Below, piece by piece: positions 10,532 through 19,183 of a DNA stretch of 19,183 nt (position 1 is the stretch's first letter; every line of letters starts with the position of its first letter). Source of the stretch: Octopus sinensis (Eukaryota); NCBI RefSeq assembly GCF_006345805.1, contig NW_021824320.1, positions 1 to 19,183 on the forward strand. Reading direction: 5' to 3'. Made by a program: the position numbers and the translations under genes. The notes under the pieces are model-generated. The model was not told the DNA's origin. It was given only the letters and a program-made list of their open reading frames with translations, and made no database searches.

Positions 10532-12347
10532 GATTATATCGACCCCAGTGCGTCACTGGTACTTATTTAATCGACCTCGAAAGGATGAAAGGCAAAGTCG
10601 ACCTCGGCGGAATTTGAACTCAGAACGTAGCGGCAGACGAAATACCTATTGCTTTACTACCCACAAGGGGCTAAACACAGAGGGGACAAACAAGGACAGA
10701 CAAACGGATTAAGTCGATTATATCGACACCAGTGCGTAACTGGTACTTATTTAATCGACCCCGAAAGGATGAAAGGCAAAGTCGACCTCGGCGGAATTTG
10801 AACTCAGAACGTAGCGGCAGACGAAATACCTATTGCTTTACTACCCACAAGGGGCTAAACACAGAGAGGGGACAAACAAGGACAGGCAAACGGATTAAGT
10901 CGATTATATCGACACCAGTGCGTAACTGGTACTTATTTAATCGACCCCGAAAGGATGAAAGGCAAAGTCGACCTCGGCGGAATTTGAACTCAGGACGTAA
11001 CGGCAGACGAAATACCTATTCTTTACTACCCCAAGGGGCTAAACACAGAGGGGACAAACAAGGACAGACAAACGGATTAAGTCGATTATATCGACACCAG
11101 TGCGTAACTGGTACTTATTTAATCGACCCCGAAAGGATGAAAGGCAAAGTCGACCTCGGCGGAATTTGAACTCAGAACGTAGCGGCAGACGAAATACCTA
11201 TTGCTTTACTACCCACAAGGGGCTAAACACAGAGGGGACAAACAAGGACAGACAAACGGATAAGTCGATTATATCGACACCAGTGCGTAACTGGTACTTA
11301 TTTAATCGACCCCGAAAGGATGAAAGGCAAAGTCGACCTCGGCGGAATTTGAACTCAGAACGTAGCGGCAGACGAAATACCTATTGCTTTACTACCCACA
11401 AGGGGCTAAACACAGAGGGGACAAACAAGGACAGACAAACGGATTAAGTCGATTATATCGACACCAGTGCGTAACTGGTACTTATTTAATCGACCCCGAA
11501 AGGACGAAAGGCAAAGTCGACCTCGGCGGAATTTGAACTCAGAACGTAGCGGCAGACGAAATACCTATTGCTTTACTACCCACAAGGGGCTAAACACAGA
11601 GGGGACAAACAAGGACAGACAAACGGATTAAGTCGATTATATCGACACCAGTGCGTAACTGGTACTTATTTAATCGACCCCGAAAGGATGAAAGGCAAAG
11701 TCGACCTCGGCGGAATTTGAACTCAGAACGTAGCGGCAGACGAAATACCTATTTCTTTACTACCCACAAGGGGCTAAACACAGAGGGGACAAACAAGGAC
11801 AGACAAACGGATTAAGTCGATTATATCGACACCAGTGCGCGTAACTGGTACTTATTAATCGACCCCGAAAGGATGAAAGGCAAAGTCGACCTCGGCGGAA
11901 TTTGAACTCAGAACGTAGCGGCAGACGAAATACTATTGCTTACTACCCACAAGGGGCTAAACACAGAGGGGACAAACAAGGACAGACAAACGGATTAAGT
12001 CGATTATATCGACACCAGTGCGTAACTGGTACTTATTTAATCGACCCCGAAAGGATGAAAGGCAAAGTCGACCTCGGCGGAATTTGAACTCAGAACGTAG
12101 CGGCAGACGAAATACCTATTCTTTACTACCCCAAGGGGCTAAACACAGAGGGGACAAACAAGGACAGACAAACGGATTAAGTCGATTATATCGACACCAG
12201 TGCGTAACTGGTACTTATTTAATCGACCCCGAAAGGATGAAAGGCAAAGTCGACCTCGGCGGAATTTGAACTCAGAACGTAGCGGCAGACGAAATACTGC
12301 TAAGCATTTCGCCCGGCGTTGCTAACGTTTCTGCCAACTCGCCGCCT
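10532..12347 (-). repeat. SINE-B concatemer: one tRNA-like head (12298-12347) plus ~9.6 head-to-tail units of 182-186 bp
   Basis: GATTATATCGAC recurs at 10532, 10716, 10902, 11084, 11267, 11451, 11635, 11819, 12002 and 12184. The unit equals the 2861-3092 monomer minus its first ~50 nt. Confidence 0.97.
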
Positions 12348-12465
12348 TTTTTTATTTTGTTTCTCACACAGTCACTTGCGTAGGTTTGCACCAGCGCCCT
12401 CTGAGAGGATGTGTTTCTGCAATCAGAAGCTAAATCAACTTTAGTGCTTATTTTCTATTTTTAAA

Positions 12466-13106
12466 CGTCGGTGTCTTTTGCTGAACCCCTGGTTACAGGG
12501 GCGTAAACAAAACAGTACCGATTCTCAAACGGTAGAGTAAGAGCAAACATACATGCACACATACACACACATCTTTTGAAGCACTCCGTCGGTTACGACG
12601 ACGAGGGTTCCGGTTGATCCGAATCAACGGAACAGCCTGCTCGTGAAATTAACGTGTAAGTGGCTGAACACTCCACAGACACGTGTACCCTTAACGTAGT
12701 TCTCAGGGATATTCAGCGTGACACAAGGCCGGCTCTTTGAAATACAGGTACAACAGAAACAGGAAGTAAGAGTGAGAGAAAGTTGTGGTGAAAGAGTACA
12801 GCAGGGATCACTACCATCCCTGCCGGAGCCTCGTGGAGCTTTTAGGTGTTTTCGCTCAATAAACACTCACAACGCCCGGTCTGGGAATCGAAACCGCGAT
12901 CCTACGACCGCGAGTCCGCTGCCCTAACCACTGGGCCATTGCGCCTCCACACACACACATACACATGCACACACACAACTGTCTTCAGTACAGTTTGCAC
13001 TCTCAAATTAAACTCACAAACCATTGGTCGGTCCGTGGCAGCTGCAGCAGAAGACATATACTCGAGGTTCCGTGAAGCGGGACAGAACTTTGAACCTCAG
13101 GGTTGC
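12466..13106 (-). mobile_element. Old diverged SINE family A copy, split by a SINE C insertion
   Basis: The left part TCGGTGTCTTTTGCTGAACC..GCGTAAACA aligns to ~3608-3650. The right part ACTCACAAACCATTGGTCGGTCCG..GCAGAAGACA aligns to ~3802-3843. Confidence 0.75.
12578..12948 (-). mobile_element. SINE family C, second copy
   Basis: Reverse complement of 6264-6643 with few substitutions and one ~12-bp deletion. Possible TSD ACACACACAT lies within the host microsatellite. Confidence 0.92.
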
Positions 13107-13209
13107 AAAAAAAAAAAGAAGCTAAGCTTTAAAAACAATCTGGGCATGTTCATAGCTAGCACGTCTTTGATTATCGATCTGCCAGATCTGGAATGATCTG
13201 GAATTAAAA

Positions 13210-14149
13210 CACCACCACCACCACCACCACCACCACGTTCTCCATCACCACCACGTTCTCCATCACCACCACCACAACTAACGCGTTCTCGATCACCACC
13301 ACCACTACCGCGTTCTCCATCACCATCACCACCACCACCACCACTACCACCACCACCACCGCCGCCACCACCACCACCACTACCACTACCACCAACATCA
13401 CCACCACGACCGCATTCTCCATCACCACCAACCACCACCACCATCATCACCACCACCGCCGCCACCACCATCATTACCATCACTACCACTACCATCACTA
13501 TCACCACCATTACCGCTGTCACTACACTCACCACGACCACCACTATGACAGCCGACGCCACCGCCACCGCCACCGCCACCGCCACCGCCACCGCCACCAC
13601 CACCACCACCACCACCACCACCATTATCAGCACCACCACCACCACCTCCAACACACCATCTCACAACTATCACAAAAATAATAACAATGACAACAACAAC
13701 AGCAACAACAACAACAGCAACAACAACAGCAACAACAACAGCAACAACAACAGCAACAACAACAGCAACAGCAACAACAACAGCAACTGCTCGTTACAGA
13801 AAACAACAACATTAACAACGAACGACACAAAAGAAAGGAGAGAACCGACCGCAACGAATTCTAAGACTAGAATAGCTTCAAAAAAACGATAGAAAGCCGG
13901 CAGCAACAATCACATCAACATCAACAATAATAGCGACGACAGCAGCAGCAGCAGCATCTAGAACAGCAGCAACTGCATCAACAACAACAACAGCAGCAGC
14001 AGTAGTAGCAACAGCAGCAGCAGCAAGCATGTCAATATACAAAGATTATAATTGAAAAAAGACAAAGCCTCCCCCTTTAAAAGACCAAAGCCAAATGTTT
14101 TCGCGGGCAATAGACAAGAAAACAATTCTATTGCTGTTTGCTGTTGTTG

Positions 14150-14188
<39 letters not shown>

Positions 14189-14830
14189 TTTTTGCTGTTG
14201 TTGTTGTTGTTGTTGTTGTTTTTGTTGTTGGTGGTGGTGGTGTTTTTGCTGTTGTTGTTGTTGTTGTTGTTGTTGCTACTATGCCTGTTGATCTCTAAGT
14301 TCATCCCTTATCTAACAACAACCATCCATCAAAGGAAAGAAGAAAACGACAACAACAAAAAAAACAGGAAAAAAAAAGCCAAAAAGAAACTACGGTTACC
14401 ATCCACATGATGACGACGACGACGACAACCACCACCACCACCATCACCACCACCACCTCCACCACCACCACCACCATCACCACCACAAACACCAACACCA
14501 CCACCACTACCAATAACAACATCAACAACAACAACAACAACAATAAGCACCACAGCCCTCGAGGCCGCCGCCGCCACCACGACCACCACGACCACCACCA
14601 CCATCGATGACAATACTCCCGCCACGAATACCACAACTACAACAACGATCAGGAAGACAACCATCACGACCACCACTACCACTTCCACCACCACCACCAC
14701 CACCACCACCACCACCACCACCAAAGACAACAACAACAACAACAACAAAACACCACCCCCTTTTCTCCAACGGTAACAGCCAGAACCGCCGCAAAGATCG
14801 TCGACGCCACCGCCAACAGCAACAACAATA
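13210..14830. repeat. (CAC)n/(CAA)n/(CAG)n low-complexity field with an oppositely oriented (TGT/TGG)n block at ~14130-14280
   Basis: Directly visible. It includes a recurring CGTTCTCCATCACCACCA motif (~5 copies, 13235-13430) and (GCCACC)n at ~13557-13598. Confidence 0.9.
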
Positions 14831-14953
14831 GTACAACCATAAGAACAAATGTTTAAGTAAAACAGACGCGACGCGTTCTGATAATCCGACAGCGCGTGGC
14901 TGGCTAATCTAATCTAATCTAATCCTCGTATTAATAGGGGAAGACAACAGGAA

Positions 14954-15066
14954 ATATATATACATATATATATATATACACATATATATATATATATTAT
15001 ATAACATATATATATATACATATATATACATATATATATATATATAATATATATATATACATATAT

Positions 15067-15165
<99 letters not shown>

Positions 15166-15235
15166 GTACTTACGAATATGTATATATTTATGCGGGAATG
15201 TATAAATATATATGTGTATCTGTTCATACGCGTGT

Positions 15236-15266
<31 letters not shown>

Positions 15267-15530
15267 GAAACAAATTTACACACACATACACACACTCGCG
15301 CGTGAGCAGGGGTTCACACCTATGCATGTACGTGTGCACATACATACACACATGTATGAGATCTACAAGTGTGATTGCAGAAAACGGAAGATATTCCGCC
15401 ACTATGTGCGTCTGTGTGTGTCTGCTTACTTACTTACACACACTCTCTCTCTCTCACACACACACACCACATACACGCTCACACATACAAACACACACAC
15501 ATTTATTCACATACATACCATATATATATC

Positions 15531-15563
<33 letters not shown>

Positions 15564-15857
15564 GATATATGTAGGTATGTATGTATGTATGTATGTATGT
15601 ATATATATATATGTATTCATGTGTATATGTGTTTTTGTGCGTGTGCACGTGTGTGATTATCTGCTTGTGTGTACACATAACAGAACTCACACTCATATAA
15701 ATGGAATAACAAAAACAAAATCCCGTGAAACGATATAGCGTGGAAGAAAGAGCAGAAGAACGAAAGATGAGAAAGGAAAAAAATACGAAACGTATGCTAA
15801 AAAAGGAATGAAGAAATTGAAGGAAAAATGAAGAAACACAAAAAGGAAGGAAGGAGA

Positions 15858-15888
<31 letters not shown>

Positions 15889-15965
15889 CAAACAAACACT
15901 CAACAGAAAGGAGAAAAGAACGAAGGTTATGAAGGATGGAAGACAGATTAACAGAAGAAACGAAA
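14954..15965. repeat. (TA)n, (CA)n, (TATG)n and (GAAA)n/purine-rich microsatellite field
   Basis: Directly visible. Confidence 0.9.
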
Positions 15966-16044
15966 AGGGTTATACAACCGCTGGGAAGTTACACATAATG
16001 AGCGGCCATATTTAAATTTACAATCTCGTTGTTTTATATATCAA

Positions 16045-16487
16045 CTAGCAGCATAGACCGGCATTGCCCGGGTATGTAAGAGCCCCTAGTAGGCAACGGC
16101 TAATCCCAATCGGGTCCTTTCTCTCTAGGGAACGAAGGCGCATGTGTAGGTTGTAATGTCTTCTCTTCACTCGAATACTTCTGTGTGTACGATGTTCCTA
16201 GCTGTCCCTTTGGGCGATAAAAAGGTCGAGTTGTGTCCCCTAGACAGAAAATGTGTTGCATATAAAAAGCTTAGATTCTCGACCCCATGTCGAATTTATC
16301 GATTTTTTCAGAACTGGGGGAACTTTTCAAAATTTTCGCTGCGTCAGTTTTGAATTATGACATTGGGCTATATGTGTGTCAAGTTTCATCAGAATCGGTT
16401 GAAAGCCGTGGTCAGGGTGAGGGTACAACCTGACAGACACACAGACACACAGACACACAGACAAACTGCCGTTTATATATAGAGAGA
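16045..16487 (-). mobile_element. Complete non-autonomous Helitron, 443 bp
   Basis: Minus strand reads A|TCTCTCTATATATAAACGGCAG, then a (TCTGTGTG)n microsatellite, then the 3' hairpin CCGGGCAATGCCGG 9 nt before CTAG|T. It has TC...CTAG termini, an A|T target and no TSD. Confidence 0.9.
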
Positions 16488-16926
16488 TATACAATTGCTT
16501 TGTTATATGAAAGACATAATTCATACGTTCATGTAATAAAATTCCGGATTTTATTATTTCTAGCAATAAAAATAAGCAAAGCATGGTTAAAACGGTGATT
16601 AGGGGGCAAAACATTAGTTAACTAACGCAACGTTATTGGTTGATCGAGCAAGACTGGGAGATAACTCTGCATATTTCTTTGTGCTGTTGTTGTTGATGTT
16701 AAGCAACAAGACGAGTAAGGGTGATTAGGTGATGGTCTAGGGCTTAGGGGGGCAGGAGACCCCAGACCTTGGAAAAAAAAAACAAACTTTGGTCGTCTTG
16801 CTGTAGTCAAGGGCTCTTCGCTGACACCACAGGGAGGTGGCCCTCGAAGTCGCTGGAAATGGAGATCTCCAGGTCCAAATTCTCGAACGGTTTTTTGTGC
16901 TGTTTTGGTTTCGGTGTTGTGGTGTT

Positions 16927-17041
16927 GTGGATGTGTGGCTTAGACGCTCGCTTTGCGACCATATAGTTTCGGGTTCAGTCCCACTGCATGGCGCCTTGTG
17001 AGTGAATTTCGTAGACGGAAACTCTGTGGGAGCCCGTCGTA
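16927..17041 (+). mobile_element. SINE family A 5' fragment with an internal deletion, followed by (TATC)n at 17043-17213
   Basis: CGGGTTCAGTCCCACTGC..GGCG is joined directly to CCTTGTGAGTGAATTTCGTAGACGGAAACT..AGCCCGTCGTA. About 45 bp present in the 9171 copy, between two CTTG motifs, are missing. Confidence 0.8.
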
Positions 17042-17062
17042 CATCTACCTACCTACCTACCC

Positions 17063-17214
<152 letters not shown>

Positions 17215-17262
17215 CCCGCTCCCTCTCCCTCTCTGTCTCTCTCCCTAATATATACATACATA

Positions 17263-17700
17263 CGTGACGAAAAGGAATCTATATTTCTGTCCATTTCCTT
17301 CCTAAAGACAAGACGTGCTTATACCTGTCTCCTCTCGTACATAGCTCGTCCTCCTAGCGTTCATAATAATTTTTCTATCTTGGCTTAACAACCCTCACCG
17401 TTTGTGTTTACTGTCTTGTTCTCACTGTCCTGTTCTTGTTACTAAAAAAACCCCCAAAATTTTATTTAATTTGCTTTGCGGGAAGGACTGTTTGAACGAA
17501 GTCGCATATTGTCCTTACCTTTGCAACGCGGAGTAGATGAAACAGGGACAACTGATGAAGGAGAATATTCTTTATGTTGAATGTCTCGTTCCTCTGTTTG
17601 TTTTCTTTTTTCGTTGTTCGAAAAAAAGCTCGTTTACTATGTTTTAGTTTTTATGTTTTCATTTCTCATTGTGTTCAACGTTTTTTTGATGTCCTGTACC
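17263..17700 (+). mobile_element. Probable Penelope-like retroelement 3' end / pseudo-LTR relic (copy A)
   Basis: Starts RDEKESIFLSI then, after a frameshift, (F)LPK. This resembles the GIY-YIG endonuclease C-terminal R-x2-KE-x2-FI-x2-F-x-P pattern. A T-rich 3' region homologous to 18840-19030 follows. Confidence 0.45.
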
Positions 17701-17714
17701 CATATGCATGTATA

Positions 17715-17798
<84 letters not shown>

Positions 17799-17900
17799 AT
17801 TTCGGAATGGTCACTTTGCCAATAAAACACACGCACTATATATTTGGTGTTACTTTGCTTCAGTGTTATTTATTTTTTACATTAAACTTAATCTTATTTC

Positions 17901-17944
17901 GGCCAGAGTTCTTTCGTCACACTCCTGTGACCGCATCATTGTCC
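17901..17944 (-). ncRNA. Degenerate minimal type I hammerhead ribozyme (Penelope-type), probably inactive
   Basis: Minus strand: GGACA aUGAUGc G GUCACA ggag UGUGAC GAAA GAAC UC UGGCC. Stem II is a perfect 6 bp, GAAA is intact, stem I pairs 4/5, and the core CUGANGA is mutated at two positions. Confidence 0.55.
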
Positions 17945-18001
17945 TTTGCTTTCTTCTTTCTTATTTGTGTCTCTCCTTACTAACCGTCAGCCATTTTGTA
18001 T

Positions 18002-18056
<55 letters not shown>

Positions 18057-18074
18057 CTTATATGATGGACTGTC

Positions 18075-18323
18075 CCGTCGAACGACGTGCACAAATGATT
18101 TGTTTATAGTGATCAAATATTCGTGTTGCACATTAGTTCATTCCCTCCGTCAAATCGACGTTGTCTGAACGGGTGAATGTGTACCACGCGTCAGGTGTCG
18201 AAGTGGTCGCAGACCAACGTAAGATGAAGTAGTTTGCTCAAGAACAAAGCGCACCACCTGGTCTAGGAACTGAAATCATGATCGTGTATGCAACACCCCA
18301 ACCTCTAAGCCTTGTGCCCTCAC
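18075..18323 (-). mobile_element. Diverged tRNA-headed CORE-like SINE (family D)
   Basis: Minus strand head GTGAGGGCACAAGGCTTAGAGGTTGGGG, decayed B box GATTTCAGTTCCTAGACC, then TTCTTGAGCAAACTACTTCAT. The 3' boundary is approximate. Confidence 0.65.
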
Positions 18324-18563
18324 TATATATATATATATATATTACTTATTACTTATTATATATTGATCATTCATTTTATACTTTTTGAGATCTAGTTATA
18401 TGTTTTATAAAAATATATATAATTTGTTATTTATGTTTTGGTTTATGTCTATCACTGTTTGAGTTGCATAATAGTGGTTTCATCTCTAATTTATATCTAT
18501 AATAAATATATATATACTTATACATACATACATATATCTATCTATCTATCTATTATCTATCTA

Positions 18564-18621
<58 letters not shown>

Positions 18622-18624
18622 ATA

Positions 18625-19110
18625 TGCCAGAACCTCCTCGTCTAAGCCAGAAAAAGGCCTTTTCGTTTGTTTTTTTTCTTGTTTGTTTTCTTTTTATTTT
18701 TTATTTCTCGGTTGTATTTCCTGTACATGTATTTTTTATCTTGTATTTTTTTTGTAGTTTTATTTGTATCGTTTTTTACGGTCCTGTTTGGTGTTACATT
18801 TTTTTCCTGTTTGTTTTTTACCCCTCTGCGAGGTAATTTTATTTTAATTCTCCTCGCAGGAAGGATTAGTTTGGCGAGTCGTGTTCTGTCTTGCCTTCGA
18901 AACACGCTAGAGTCGAACTAGTGACAGCTGATGAGGGGATTTTTCCTTGTGTATGTCCTGTACTCTGTTTTCCTGTTGTAAAAAAATTGGTTTTTCCGTT
19001 TTCGTTTCTCGTTGAGTTCTACGTCTCTGTTTATGTTTGTAAAAAATGTTTTTTTCCGTTTTCGTTTCTCATTGAGTTCTACGTCTAGTTGTGGTGTCTT
19101 GTAGTACTTC
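18625..19110 (+). mobile_element. Second diverged copy (B) of the T-rich Penelope-like 3' relic
   Basis: GGAAGGA..GTTTG..AGTCG..TGTC..CCTT..AAC.CG..GAGT.GA..GACA.CTGATGA.G..ATGTC..CTCTG..GTTGT..AAAAAA is collinear with 17480-17625. The homology is solid; the family assignment is tentative. Confidence 0.5.
18977..19086. repeat. 60-bp-period tandem duplication
   Basis: TTTTTCCGTTTTCGTTTCTC(G/A)TTGAGTTCTACGTCT at 18991 and 19051. Confidence 0.92.
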
Positions 19111-19183
19111 ACGTATAATTATTTATATATGCATGTATATATACATTGTAATGTAGGTACGTACATATTTTTGTATGTATGCA

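Noticed and set aside
10732-12269. Repetitive ORFs (MRNWYLFNRPRK...)
   Set aside because: They are translations of the SINE unit. The period is not a multiple of 3 in most units, so frames shift, and the starts are non-ATG.
10532-12297. CRISPR array
   Set aside because: The whole 184-bp unit repeats, with no unique spacers and no cas genes. The unit is a SINE body in eukaryotic DNA.
10532-12297. Hammerhead ribozyme in the array unit (classical retrozyme)
   Set aside because: No CUGANGA core on either strand. Other ribozyme classes cannot be excluded by eye.
13097-14848. Poly-Val/Gly/Thr/Asn/Cys ORFs
   Set aside because: Microsatellite translations, open in several frames at once.
15992-16003. 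YY1-like motif GCGGCCATATTT
   Set aside because: A single short motif with no promoter context, expected by chance.
17552-17585. SECIS element or C/D box snoRNA
   Set aside because: Only ~20 nt lie between AUGA and GA, too short for SECIS helix II or a snoRNA, and the second copy lacks the UGA partner.

Overview
This is repeat-saturated eukaryotic non-coding DNA. It is most likely cephalopod (Octopus-type), inferred from the SINE families and the extreme microsatellite load. No intact host gene is supportable, and almost all ORFs in the track are translations of simple repeats or SINEs. Main contents: (1) a full-length, dead Chapaev3-type (CMC superfamily) DNA transposon at 3932-6994, carrying a 330-bp templated insertion copied from 3.5 kb downstream, a SINE with an 11-bp TSD and a duplicated right end; (2) four tRNA-headed SINE families, some nested; (3) a 1.8-kb head-to-tail concatemer of a ~184-bp SINE body behind a single tRNA-like head (10532-12347, minus strand), with a self-complementary junction and no internal Pol III terminator, which is the most unusual structure here; (4) a complete 443-bp non-autonomous Helitron (16045-16487); (5) probable Penelope-like retroelement relics near the end, including a degenerate minimal hammerhead ribozyme (17901-17944). 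All comparisons were done by eye; family names rest on motif recognition, not database searches.
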